Origin: Promethearchaeota archaeon
GTDB lineage: Archaea > Asgardarchaeota > Lokiarchaeia > Sigyniarchaeales > SOKP01
Direction: 5' to 3'
Assembly: GCA_048938855.1 (NCBI GenBank)
Contig: JBHLLT010000006.1
Span: forward strand, 1 to 64,000
Length of the DNA: 64,000 nucleotides
The translations under genes were made by a program, and so were the position numbers. This document shows positions 1-9,856 of this stretch, in pieces (position 1 is the stretch's first letter; every line of letters begins with the position of its first letter). The notes below the pieces were generated by a model. The model was not told the origin of the DNA. It made no database searches and was given only the letters and a program-made list of their open reading frames with translations.

Positions 1-511
1 CCTTTGCCGCATCTGAGTTTGGTCCACCCCATCTTTTCTGCCATAGAAGTCCTCCTAAAGGATTATACTTAAGTAATATAGCATCTATCCAACCAGGACT
101 AGCTATATCTGAATATCCAGCTATATACACATTACCATTCGAATCTAATGCAATATCATTTGCCTGATCAACTGACCCACTTGATCCCCATATAGCATGC
201 CAAATGTAACTACCATCGGGAGCTAATTTAAGAACGCATGAATCACCATTGTTTGTTTGAGTCCACCCTGCGAGATAATAATTACCAACCGAGTCAATTG
301 TCATTGCTTCACAGACAGCACCATTTCCTGAGCAATTCCAGCTTGAAACAAGATTAAATCCAGAGGAACTACTCTTAAGTTTCATTTCCAAAGAATTTTT
401 ACTAATTCTTAATGAAAAATTAGTCTCAACTAATAAGAATAAATATGTTGTATTAAGATTTAAGCATAATAAAATTGTGAGTTTGAATAACCTAAGGTTT
501 TTGTTCCTCAA
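1..511 (-). CDS. Secreted beta-propeller (SBBP-like repeat) protein, N-terminal part; runs off the window edge
   Basis: Manual translation from TTG at 511: basic/hydrophobic N-terminus, then repeats 'TIDSVGNYYLAGWT', 'DIALDSNGNVYIAGYS', 'AILLKYNPLGGLLWQKRWGG'. Not in the ORF track because there is no stop in the window. Confidence 0.8.
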   Translation of the reverse strand, partial: MRNKNLRLFKLTILLCLNLNTTYLFLLVETNFSLRISKNSLEMKLKSSSSGFNLVSSWNCSGNGAVCEAMTIDSVGNYYLAGWTQTNNGDSCVLKLAPDGSYIWHAIWGSSGSVDQANDIALDSNGNVYIAGYSDIASPGWIDAILLKYNPLGGLLWQKRWGGPNSDAAK

Positions 512-670
512 AATCTTTAGAATACTTTAATTATTTTGGATTGTTCCTTAAGTTATTCTTTTTTTTTCTTATTAATTTAAATCTTTTCTATAGATTTTAT
601 TTAATTTTATATTTTCCAACATTGAAAGTAAGATGATGTTGACTGAGTTTATAATTATAAAAGAATTAAA

Positions 671-1012
671 CTATGTCATCTGCTTAAATAACGCTTGAAA
701 TTCTTCTTTTACAGCGGTTAAACCTAGACTTTCAAATAATTCAATTGTTTTTTTACTTAGAGAATAAAAAGAACGAGGTTCAGAGCGCTTATATCCGATT
801 CTTTTCTCATTTTTAATAAAGTCTTTTTCCTTAAGTTTATTTAAATGGTATATCAAATTATTTTCGGGCACTGAAGGTAATAATTCCTTCAATTCAGTAA
901 ATGAAAGAGACTCCTCACTAGCTAATAGGGTTAGTAGTATTTTATACCGCGTTTTCTCAGATATAATTTCTAATTCTTTCCTCATATTTTCAAAATTTTT
1001 AGGAGTATCCAA
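671..1012 (-). CDS. ArsR-like winged-helix transcriptional regulator
   Basis: 'TRYKILLTL...SLSFTELKELL...NNLIYHLNKLKEKDFI...FYSLS' wHTH pattern. Confidence 0.85.
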   Translation of the reverse strand: MDTPKNFENMRKELEIISEKTRYKILLTLLASEESLSFTELKELLPSVPENNLIYHLNKLKEKDFIKNEKRIGYKRSEPRSFYSLSKKTIELFESLGLTAVKEEFQALFKQMT

Positions 1013-1184
1013 ATCTTATGCCTCTTTTAATTTAAATTAAATTTTTCATCTAATTTCATGCTATATATGAATAAATAAATATTTAAATTTAACTCAAAAC
1101 TAATTGAGGCAATTGTTGTTGATATATAATAATTTATAGGATAGATGAATTTCTAAGTTATTTCATATAAATAGGGAAAAGAGA

Positions 1185-1676
1185 ATGCAAGTTGCACATG
1201 ATAATGCATGGGATGATTTTTTAGAAGAATTTACAAATATTTTTTCAGTTTATGATCTAATTAAAAACAAAGTCTTTATATGCGGTTCTTATAGTGAAGA
1301 AACTTTTCCTACTCTTCAGGATGTACAGAATATTGTAAATAATCTTGAAAATAACCTTGGGTTTTTAGAAAAGGAATTTAGACGTACCCATCTTGAGAAT
1401 CTGATTTTAAAATTTGATCTAATTGCAAAATTTTCTAATGAAATCATCATGATTATTGAACATGATAAAGGAGGCCACATGATTGAGATGGGAATTATCC
1501 TTTCCTTTAGAGAATATTTGGACAAGGCAAAAGTATTTGTATTAAAGGACGCGGATATAACTGATGTATTAAAGAGAGGTGGCCTATTAACTCCGTTCTT
1601 TAAGGAGGAAGAAAGCTTATTTTACTTTGAAAATATTGAAGATTTAAGATCCTTTCTCAAAGAATTATATTGTTAA
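1185..1676 (+). CDS. Hypothetical protein, possible nucleoside-deoxyribosyltransferase-like (NDT/TIR-type) fold
   Basis: 'KVFICGSY', 'SNEIIMIIEHDKGGHMIEMG' resembles the GxxxE-hydrophobic-G motif of NDT-like proteins. Confidence 0.5.
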   Translation: MQVAHDNAWDDFLEEFTNIFSVYDLIKNKVFICGSYSEETFPTLQDVQNIVNNLENNLGFLEKEFRRTHLENLILKFDLIAKFSNEIIMIIEHDKGGHMIEMGIILSFREYLDKAKVFVLKDADITDVLKRGGLLTPFFKEEESLFYFENIEDLRSFLKELYC

Positions 1677-1789
1677 TTTAGTTAATTTAGTTTAATTTTA
1701 TTTTAGTTTATTGATTTAGAGAAGTTTTTCTCATTTATTCTGTTTTTATTCCCATAATTCACATTTATATTCTAAAACTTTCTATTTCT

Positions 1790-1834
1790 TTCGAACTTCT
1801 TAAGAAATTATGCAATAAAAACTATAATATGAAG
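1790..1834 (+). promoter_or_regulatory. Putative promoter: TTCGAACTTC element plus BRE/TATA-like TAAAAACTATAATATGAAG (copy 1)
   Basis: Same two blocks with identical spacing recur at 5326-5370. Confidence 0.5.
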
Positions 1835-1852
1835 TTTATCTACATTAAATTT

Positions 1853-2929
1853 ATGATAAAAACAAAAAAAAGTGTCACTTTAGGTAGAAAAAGTCATTTT
1901 GGATCTCCTTATTCATTAAAAGAAAATTTTAGTTGGTTTAGACGATTAATTTTTGGGCCAAATACAAATAATTCTGGGAATGTTCAGTATCTTTCTAAAA
2001 GTTCTGTACTAAACAAAATTACTCCAAAATATACAATATCTTTTATAGGAGATATAATGGATGTAGATTTAAAAGACCTAATTATCAGTGATAACGTTAA
2101 ACAATTTATAGAAGGATCAGACTTCCTTATTGGAAATTTCGAGGCAACTCTAACCTCAGATAAAAAACGTATAAATCGTAAACGCCATAAACCCCAAATA
2201 TTGGATGCTCTAGCCAATTTATTCAATCCTAAAAAAACATATTTATCAACAGCAAACAATCATAGTGCTGATTTTAGTGAAAATATTTTTTCAGAATCTA
2301 TTGCGCAAATGAAAAAGAAAGGTTTTCATGTGTTTGGTAATGAAGAGACACCTTTTCTAGATGTAGCGGATGATTTAAGAGTGATTGGATGCACTCAATG
2401 GTCAAATTATCCTTGCGATTATTTAGTTGAATTAGAAGAATCAAGCCAATATATTAAGGACGATTCTTTTAACTTGTTATTTCCACATTGGGGGTATGAG
2501 ATGGAACTCTATCCTCGAATAGAAACAATTGATAAGGGTAAGGAATTATTGGGTAAATTTAATGCATTGGTTGGCCATCATTCGCATAATCCTCAACCAG
2601 TATCATTTATTCCAGATGGTAATGGTAATAAATTAATTGCCTATTCTTTAGGAAATTTTTGTGACGGTAAGGAATTTGAAATGCACAATTATGGAATAGT
2701 AATAAAGATTGAAATTGGAACAGATGCTAATGGTAATTGGCAGGTTGGTAAATGTGAATGGATTTTTCTCACAACTCTATCTGTATCAAAAACAGAATTT
2801 CTAGTAGATGTAACTAATAATTTTTCAAACTTTATCTTCGAGTTTAAATCTTTAAACGAAGACTATGAAGTGAACGAAGTCTTTTACGAGAGTTCTATTG
2901 AGATGGAACAGGTAGTAGTATGTGCATAA
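1853..2929 (+). CDS. CapA/PgsA (poly-gamma-glutamate synthesis-like) metallophosphoesterase family protein
   Basis: Motifs GDIM, GNFE, ANNH, HWGYE, GHHSH, YSLGNF. The track start is 1829; ATG 1853 fits the promoter better. Confidence 0.85.
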   Translation: MIKTKKSVTLGRKSHFGSPYSLKENFSWFRRLIFGPNTNNSGNVQYLSKSSVLNKITPKYTISFIGDIMDVDLKDLIISDNVKQFIEGSDFLIGNFEATLTSDKKRINRKRHKPQILDALANLFNPKKTYLSTANNHSADFSENIFSESIAQMKKKGFHVFGNEETPFLDVADDLRVIGCTQWSNYPCDYLVELEESSQYIKDDSFNLLFPHWGYEMELYPRIETIDKGKELLGKFNALVGHHSHNPQPVSFIPDGNGNKLIAYSLGNFCDGKEFEMHNYGIVIKIEIGTDANGNWQVGKCEWIFLTTLSVSKTEFLVDVTNNFSNFIFEFKSLNEDYEVNEVFYESSIEMEQVVVCA

Positions 2930-3011
2930 ATAAGTTTTGTTTCTACTTATTTCTTTAATTCTTTAATAAAAATTTTATTAGATAGACCAAAAAAGACATT
3001 TTAAAATTATA

Positions 3012-3308
3012 TTATCGATAACCATAATAAAAGTACATAATAAATAGAATAATCGAAAAAGCAAAAATCATAAAGAGAGTAGCTAATATCACGGTTAATA
3101 AAGATCTCAAATCAGGTACTAGAATCGCTAATACAATAGTAAGAATCATTAATACAAAACTTAGCAATATTAACCAAATGATTCGTTTTCTTCGTGACAC
3201 TTCAAATTTCTTTCGAAGGGTTACAAAATCTATCTTTGAGCCACATGAGAGGCAAACCTTATATTTAAGATAAAGTTTTGCGCCACATTTTGGACATCTC
3301 GCCATCAA
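3012..3308 (-). CDS. Zinc-ribbon protein with two C-terminal TM helices
   Basis: CPKCG...CLSCG followed by two hydrophobic segments. Confidence 0.7.
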   Translation of the reverse strand: MMARCPKCGAKLYLKYKVCLSCGSKIDFVTLRKKFEVSRRKRIIWLILLSFVLMILTIVLAILVPDLRSLLTVILATLFMIFAFSIILFIMYFYYGYR

Positions 3309-3565
3309 TACTCCACCTTATTCTAATAGATCTTGTGTAATCTTATAATACTTACTCTTGAGTTTTAAGGTTTAATTAATGATATATTTAAAAATTTATG
3401 ACTAATTGTATTTATTCCTTAAAGGATAAATAAAGTTATACAAATAAATCCAATAAAGAAAGCTTAAATATGGAAAAGACATATATCAACATTGGAAAAA
3501 TCCCATGATAACGAAATTAGAATTAAAAAAAAAAATAAATAAAGCAAGATGTGAGGATTAGAATT

Positions 3566-3943
3566 ATGAAGGATTTAACAGTAATTTTAAAGAATGAACC
3601 AGGAATGCTAGCAAATATGGGGGAATGTCTTGGCAAAATGGGTATTAACATGGAAGGATTATGTGGATTTCCATTAAAAAATGAAGCTGTGGTGCACATT
3701 TTGGTCGAAGATGATGAAACAGCACGTTGGGCACTTGAAGATGCAGGTTTTGAAGTGCGTGCTGTACGTGAAGTTCTTGTATTGGATATTGGTCATATTG
3801 CGGGAAAACCAGGAACAGGAGGGAAGATGGCTCGCAAGATTGGGAACGCAGGTGTAAATATTGATCTAATCTATTTTGCTGAAAATAATAGAATAGTACT
3901 TGGAGTAGATAACCTAGAAAAGGCTCGTAATGCTTTATTCTAA
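3566..3943 (+). CDS. Tandem ACT-domain protein
   Basis: 'LKNEPGMLA...GINME', 'KPGTGG...AGVNIDLIY'; GAGGA upstream of ATG 3566. Confidence 0.85.
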   Translation: MKDLTVILKNEPGMLANMGECLGKMGINMEGLCGFPLKNEAVVHILVEDDETARWALEDAGFEVRAVREVLVLDIGHIAGKPGTGGKMARKIGNAGVNIDLIYFAENNRIVLGVDNLEKARNALF

Positions 3944-4334
3944 TTATTAGGTGATGCTATAAGGGTATATATACCTACTAAACTTAACTTTTTCTTAATT
4001 AATGTTCTTCTTAATGATTGTAAATTTTGATTAAAACGATACTTAATTATCTGAGAAATCTATATAAATAATTTTGCTTTTGGGAGATTACCACTATTTA
4101 TAATTATCTCTATTTCAACTTCTTATTCTAATCAATGACTAAGTTGAATTTCTTAACTTTATAAAAGGATTTAGTTTAAATAAAATATTTAATAAGATAA
4201 TAAGTAGCAGCTTTAAAAGATTTTAATTGTAATTTAATTTTATGCCTTGTATTAATTTTGACAAATCCGACAAAAATATGCAAACATAAATAAGTACTAT
4301 ATTTACATATGATGCCTTAAGAATATATTTTATA

Positions 4335-4640
4335 ATGTGGGGTTATATTATGAGCATTGAGGAGTTATATTCAGTTTTAAATAAACGAGGATTTTTTAAT
4401 ACATTTCTTGTCCTTTCGCAATTTGAAGAGTATAAAGCTGAGAAAGGTGTTTTTTATAGAAATCTTATAGATTTTAGTAATTATAATTCCTTTTTACGGA
4501 TTAAAGATAAATTATTAGAAGCAGAATTAATTAATCTTGAAAAAAATAATGGCGCAGAATATATTGGACTTACAGAGAAAGGAAAGTCCGTCTATAATAG
4601 CTTAGTACGCCTTAATGATCTAATCAATGGCAAGAAATAA
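4335..4640 (+). CDS. Small winged-helix protein
   Basis: C-terminal 'LLEAELINL...YIGLTEKGKSVY' wing motif. Confidence 0.7.
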   Translation: MWGYIMSIEELYSVLNKRGFFNTFLVLSQFEEYKAEKGVFYRNLIDFSNYNSFLRIKDKLLEAELINLEKNNGAEYIGLTEKGKSVYNSLVRLNDLINGKK

Positions 4641-4660
4641 TCATTTGAAAATCCCTCAAA

Positions 4661-5176
4661 TCATTTTGTTATGGAGTTATTTGGCTTTAAATATGGTAGT
4701 TTTCTTACTTCCAAAGTTGTTCCTGTTGCTCTTATTAATTTTTGAAAATCAGGTCCACGAATTTGTAATGTCTCGGTGTTAATATTTGGATGACAGCAAA
4801 TTTCTTTTGCATTCCATACAAGCTCATCAATCATAAAAATAACCTTATTATCTATGTCATTTATTAATCCCATTGGAGATACTGCACCAGGATTAATACT
4901 TAATAATTGAGAAAGATCTTCAGGTTCAGCAAAACGTATTTTCGGAGCACCTATCATTTTCCGGAATTGATTTAAATCCAAACGGTTTTCACTAGGAAAG
5001 GTGACTAAATAAAGTTGACCGGATTTTTTATTTTTGAGGAACAGATTCTTACAATGAGTTCCTGGAATATGTCCACAATGCACTTTTGCTTCAGGTACTG
5101 TAAAAACTGCGGGGTGAGAATGTAATACATAATGAATCCCACGTTCATTTAACCATTGCTTTAATTTATCATTCAT
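4661..5176 (-). CDS. YbaK/ProX family aminoacyl-tRNA deacylase
   Basis: 'HPAVFTV', 'KNLFLK', 'PGAVSPMGLIND', 'CHPNINT'. Confidence 0.9.
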   Translation of the reverse strand: MNDKLKQWLNERGIHYVLHSHPAVFTVPEAKVHCGHIPGTHCKNLFLKNKKSGQLYLVTFPSENRLDLNQFRKMIGAPKIRFAEPEDLSQLLSINPGAVSPMGLINDIDNKVIFMIDELVWNAKEICCHPNINTETLQIRGPDFQKLIRATGTTLEVRKLPYLKPNNSITK

Positions 5177-5325
5177 TTTTCTCTCTCAGTATTATAAAAA
5201 AGCGTCTTAAATATAAGTTTTTAATGAAAAGTTTAAAAGTTGGGTTTTTCTATTTAGAAAATTCTTTAATCTAGGAACTCTAAATAATAATTTCTATTAA
5301 TCATATTTTATAACTTTTAGAGCGC

Positions 5326-5370
5326 TTCGAACTTCGGGAAAAGTTTCATATTAAAAACTATATTATGAAG
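5326..5370 (+). promoter_or_regulatory. Putative promoter: TTCGAACTTC element plus BRE/TATA-like TAAAAACTATATTATGAAG (copy 2)
   Basis: Duplicate of 1790-1834. Confidence 0.5.
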
Positions 5371-5420
5371 CAATCTCATATTATAATTAATAAAAAAACT
5401 CTAAAAGAGGGAAAAAAAAA

Positions 5421-5492
5421 ATGAAAAGAAAAAATAACGCGGAATTTGTTGTTAAGAATGCTGGATTTGCTTTTCAATGTGTAGTAAGATAA
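5421..5492 (+). CDS. Possible 23-aa small protein MKRKNNAEFVVKNAGFAFQCVVR
   Basis: ATG preceded by GAGGG, promoter-like motif upstream, T-rich tract downstream. Confidence 0.35.
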   Translation: MKRKNNAEFVVKNAGFAFQCVVR

Positions 5493-5686
5493 TATTTTTA
5501 TTTCTAGTTTTATTTTAATTTTTAATTTTATTCTATTTTTATTCTATTCGGATTAATAAATTTAATATTGAGATATATTCTAATTCTAATTTCTTCTATT
5601 AGTCATAATATCATTGTAATTATCACATTTTTTAGTGTAATTTTAAATATAAATCAGTTTTCTTCAATTACTTAGTGGTGATTATA

Positions 5687-6553
5687 ATGAATGAAATAAC
5701 AACAAGATTCCCTATAGAATTTAAAGAAGTGACACCACACACAATTCTCGTAAATTTCAAGGATTATTTCAATTTAAATGCAGGTGCGATTATATTAAAC
5801 AATTTTATTATAGCTATAGATACTCTTATGTATCCTATACAAGCGAAGCGATTTAGGGAAAGATTAGAAATGAAATTTAATTTACCAGTGAAATATCTTT
5901 TCATTACTCACTATCATGCTGATCACCTTTTTGGTGTTGCTGCATTCAAAGATATCGAAATTTTTGGATCTTCTCTCTTAATTGAAAATATGAAAAAAAA
6001 AAGAGAAGGAAATTGGACAACAGAAGCATTTAATGAATGGAAAAAAGAAGAACCAGAAATTGCAGAAATAATTGATGAAATTGAAATTATAATTCCAACA
6101 AATGGATTTAAAACTAAGCGAGTAATAAAAGATGATGGGTTGAACGTAAAATTCTATCACTCAGGAGGTCATACAGGGTGTTCTTCTTTCGCATATTTCC
6201 CAGAAGAGAAGGTATTGTTTTCTGGTGATTTAATTGCTGCTGGATATTGGCCATTTATAAGTGATCCTACTGAAGATTTCGAAGGGTGGATTAGTTCATT
6301 TGAATATATGTTAAACCTTGATATTGAAATAGTTATACCTGGACATGGCCCATTAGTTGAAAAAGGATATATAAAAGAACAGCTAATATTCATGAAAAAT
6401 CTTAAGAATAATGTGTTAAAGGCAATTTCCGAAGGAAAAAAACCAGAACAGATAGAAATACCAGAATACGAATATAAACCCGCAGAAGATTGGCAGATTC
6501 CAAGAGCGTTAGAATATTTATTTAATTTCTATTCAAATGACTCGATATATTAG
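5687..6553 (+). CDS. Metallo-beta-lactamase fold hydrolase (glyoxalase II/cyclase-like)
   Basis: THYHADH, GHT, SGDL, PGHG. Confidence 0.9.
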   Translation: MNEITTRFPIEFKEVTPHTILVNFKDYFNLNAGAIILNNFIIAIDTLMYPIQAKRFRERLEMKFNLPVKYLFITHYHADHLFGVAAFKDIEIFGSSLLIENMKKKREGNWTTEAFNEWKKEEPEIAEIIDEIEIIIPTNGFKTKRVIKDDGLNVKFYHSGGHTGCSSFAYFPEEKVLFSGDLIAAGYWPFISDPTEDFEGWISSFEYMLNLDIEIVIPGHGPLVEKGYIKEQLIFMKNLKNNVLKAISEGKKPEQIEIPEYEYKPAEDWQIPRALEYLFNFYSNDSIY

Positions 6554-6583
6554 TATCAGAATTCTAAAATTCATTTTAATAAA

Positions 6584-7378
6584 TTAGTGATCTGATTTAA
6601 GCGGTTTTTTTTCCATTTCACTTTTGATATATTCAATATTCTCTTTAAGTGTGTCTCTTATGGGCTCATCTCCCATTTTAAGGTTATCTAAAACTTGAAT
6701 AGCATCTTCAAATCGTTTTAATGCTTCAGGATATTGAGATCGTTTGTAATAAACTCCTGGAATCTTAGAAAAAGTAAATGAAATGCATTGTATTGCTGTA
6801 ATTAAAACCCAAGATATTATCAGAATTGCTAAGATCCATTCTACTACGGGAAAGCGTGTAATGAAAAATAAAATTAGCATAACTCCTATAAGAAAGCCAA
6901 AATATGCCAGATATTTTTTGAATGCTGGACCTTTATAAATTTTAGATTTTGGACCTTGGTACATTAATATACTATATAATACAATATAGATAGAAGATCC
7001 AATAAAACTTGTTAATGCTACGAATGTATGAAAAGTACCGAAAGCTATTGTAAAGGTTTCATCTGGAATTATTCCAACCAGTGCAATACACACATTAGTA
7101 AAAATTGAAATTCCTGTAGCAAGTCTTCTTATGTTTTCTTCAATATTTACTAACTCTCTCTCTAAATAAATATAAAAGGGAATTAGTAGAGAACCACATA
7201 CTACAAATCCTATACTGAATAAGGTTTTTGCATCACCTTCTCCTAACATACTTACATAACTTTCTAAAGGATTAAATCCCGGAGTAGAAAGAATGGCAAT
7301 AGGTAAAATAACTAATATAAATAAAGCACCAATAAAACCAAATAGAACTTCCATTCTACTTTCTTTTATGACAACCAT
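6584..7378 (-). CDS. DUF998-like multi-pass membrane protein with C-terminal TPR-like helix pair
   Basis: 'FNPLESYVSMLG', 'LVGIIP', 'FHTFVA', 'PVVEW'; tail 'GVYYKRSQYPEALKRFEDAIQV'. Confidence 0.7.
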   Translation of the reverse strand: MVVIKESRMEVLFGFIGALFILVILPIAILSTPGFNPLESYVSMLGEGDAKTLFSIGFVVCGSLLIPFYIYLERELVNIEENIRRLATGISIFTNVCIALVGIIPDETFTIAFGTFHTFVALTSFIGSSIYIVLYSILMYQGPKSKIYKGPAFKKYLAYFGFLIGVMLILFFITRFPVVEWILAILIISWVLITAIQCISFTFSKIPGVYYKRSQYPEALKRFEDAIQVLDNLKMGDEPIRDTLKENIEYIKSEMEKKPLKSDH

Positions 7379-7463
7379 ACCAAATCCTCAAAATAGAAAG
7401 TTATTTATTAAAATCCAATCACTATTTATAAGTAAGAGAAATTTCTATTTAAAGAGTGATTTA

Positions 7464-8006
7464 ATGAGTAAATTCAAAAATAAGATAACAGTTATTGGAG
7501 ATGGTTTTGTTGGAAAAACGTCTTTAATAAAAAAATTTACACAAAAGCACTTTGAAGAAGAATATATTAAGACTATAGGAGCAAATTTTTTCAATTACGT
7601 TGAAGAAAATGACGGTGATCGTTGGAAATTAACTTTCTGGGATATAGCAGGTCAGGATGATTTTCATTTCCTAAATCCTTCTTTCTATAGATCAAGCGAT
7701 GCTTCCATTGTGGTTTTTTCTCTTGAAGAAAATGAATTGGGTCGAGACAGTTTAAAACACGTTTCTGATTGGTATAAAGAAATTAAGAAATTTTGTGGAG
7801 ACATCCCCGTAATTCTTTTTGCAAATAAAGTTGATTTAATCAATGAGAGTAAAACAGATAAAGAAAAAATTCAAAAAATAATGAAAAAGCATAATTTCAT
7901 TGATCTTTACCTTACATCAGCAAAAACTGGGCATAATGTTGAAATTGCATTTAAAACCGTAATTGAAGTATTAAAAAATAAAAAACAACTGAAAGATTCT
8001 CTATAA
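7464..8006 (+). CDS. Rab-like small GTPase
   Basis: GDGFVGKT, TIG, WDIAGQ, NKVD, SAK. True start is probably ATG 7464; the track start 7293 overlaps the opposite gene. Confidence 0.92.
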   Translation: MSKFKNKITVIGDGFVGKTSLIKKFTQKHFEEEYIKTIGANFFNYVEENDGDRWKLTFWDIAGQDDFHFLNPSFYRSSDASIVVFSLEENELGRDSLKHVSDWYKEIKKFCGDIPVILFANKVDLINESKTDKEKIQKIMKKHNFIDLYLTSAKTGHNVEIAFKTVIEVLKNKKQLKDSL

Positions 8007-8028
8007 ATTACTTGAAAAAGATATATTC

Positions 8029-8727
8029 TTGATAAGAATGGATATAAATAACTTAATTAAAATAATCGCCGCAGTATTCACTTTTATATTAGCAGTAATA
8101 GTTGGATTGCGTGTTTATACCTTAAACCCACGAGAATCACTGAATAGATGGTTTACTCTTTTTTTTATATCTACTTCCATAGGATTTCTACTATACACAA
8201 TCTACCATTTAATTTTAAATAATGCTTCTGTTATTATACCTCTTATGATTACTACCCATATTTTTTTCAATTTTATTCCTATATCTTTAGTTATGACAGT
8301 TTTTCTATTGGAAAAATATAAAAAGGGTGCTATGAGCTTTAAGTATCTTGGAACTATGATGATAATATTAATTATTATGAGTTTTGGATATTTTGTTTGG
8401 CCTCCAGAATTGAATTTAACTAGATATGTTTTAGGTATTGTGGATACTGAAACTCCATTGTTTTGGTTTATTTTTGTGAATTTAATTAGAGCGGTTTTGA
8501 TTATATATGTGATTTACAAATATGCTATGATAACAAAAAAAATTGAAGACCGCATTAAAAAGAAAGTACAACTGTTTTTTATAGGAATTATTTTCGTTAT
8601 ATTAGCAGTTATTATCAATTTAATTGGAGGAATTATTGAATTCGTTATAATCGAAGTAATTGCTTTAGTTACGATTGATATAGGATCAATAGTAATACTG
8701 AGAGGATTTTTACTTAAGTCAAATTAG
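8029..8727 (+). CDS. Stand-alone seven-TM membrane protein (resembles histidine-kinase N-terminal 7TM sensor region)
   Basis: Seven hydrophobic segments; 'NPRESLNRWFTLFF' after TM1; no soluble output domain. Confidence 0.7.
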   Translation: MIRMDINNLIKIIAAVFTFILAVIVGLRVYTLNPRESLNRWFTLFFISTSIGFLLYTIYHLILNNASVIIPLMITTHIFFNFIPISLVMTVFLLEKYKKGAMSFKYLGTMMIILIIMSFGYFVWPPELNLTRYVLGIVDTETPLFWFIFVNLIRAVLIIYVIYKYAMITKKIEDRIKKKVQLFFIGIIFVILAVIINLIGGIIEFVIIEVIALVTIDIGSIVILRGFLLKSN

Positions 8728-9131
8728 TTAAATAATTCTCAATATTTTAAAAAATTTAATTAAACCTTTGCCATTATAAGATTTTTCATCGCAATAATAC
8801 TCACATTTAGGTTTTTGATTAATTTTTATTTGAATTAATATATTAATTGATTAGATTTTTAGTCTTAAAAAATGGAATTTAAACTACCATAAGGTATTTT
8901 AGATGAAAAAATTAGTTGAAAAACTGAAGAAAGTAGATATTGAGTTAAGTAAATGGACAAGAAATATCATATTTGAGCATTTAATGGATGTATTAGAAGA
9001 TCTAAAGGAACATAAAGTCTTAAAAATGGTATTACTGCTTAGAAATAATAATTATATTCCTAGCTTACTATTGAAAACTCTAATTTTAGAAGTTAATAAG
9101 ATTTAAATTTCCATTTATTATATTTTTCTTT

Positions 9132-9425
9132 ATGCCAATATATATACTTGCAACGAAACTTCAAAATCCCGACTTATTCCAAAAAAGAAAAGAACAAGGA
9201 GCAAAATGGTTGAATACAGTAAGAGAAAAAGTTCCCGATATTAAGTGGATCGCACATTATGCCATATTAGGGCCTTACGATTTTATTGACATTTTTGAGG
9301 CAAAGAATGAACAAGATGCTGCTAAAGTATCGATGCTTTCTCGTTCTGCCGGAGCTATCTTTGCTGAGAGCTGGACTGCAATTCCTTATGCAGAATTTAT
9401 CGGTTTAGTTGAGGATTTGAAATGA
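9132..9425 (+). CDS. GYD-domain protein
   Basis: 'MPIYIL', 'YAILGPYDFIDIFEA'. Confidence 0.88.
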   Translation: MPIYILATKLQNPDLFQKRKEQGAKWLNTVREKVPDIKWIAHYAILGPYDFIDIFEAKNEQDAAKVSMLSRSAGAIFAESWTAIPYAEFIGLVEDLK

Positions 9426-9575
9426 AACAGTAGTAGAATGACTCTGGATTAAAATCCTAATTACGTATTCTTTAATAATTAATTCAAATCAGAGCTCTAC
9501 TTTTATTAGGAGTTTAAAAGGTTTAATTTTAAAATATAGCATAGAATTCAATTAAAATATGAGATGGTAAAATGA

Positions 9576-9770
9576 ATGCTTAAATTAAAAAAGAAAAAAT
9601 TTGAAAGTGATAGAACTTCTTTTGCTAAGAGATATCGGCAATGTAATCGTTGTGAAAAACAATTGAATATCCACAGTAATGAAGAAATTGTTTGTGTTTT
9701 GTGTGGAGAAACATTTTGTGATGTTTGTATAAATAGTCATCAGAAATATTGTTATAGCTCAACTCTTTAA
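9576..9770 (+). CDS. Small Cys/His zinc-finger protein (B-box/AN1-like)
   Basis: CNRC...CVLC...FCDVC...H...C. Confidence 0.65.
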   Translation: MLKLKKKKFESDRTSFAKRYRQCNRCEKQLNIHSNEEIVCVLCGETFCDVCINSHQKYCYSSTL

Positions 9771-9856
9771 AAATAAAAGATACTAATCTGTTGGTCAAAT
9801 CAATAATAATACTCTATGAATTAAAATAGTTGGATATTTTTATGTTATATAAAGTA

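Noticed and set aside
7293-7463. N-terminal extension of the GTPase ORF
   Set aside because: Overlaps the opposite-strand membrane gene and its promoter; ATG 7464 gives a normal G domain
8903-9106. 67-aa ORF
   Set aside because: No recognisable motif; may be a remnant or chance ORF
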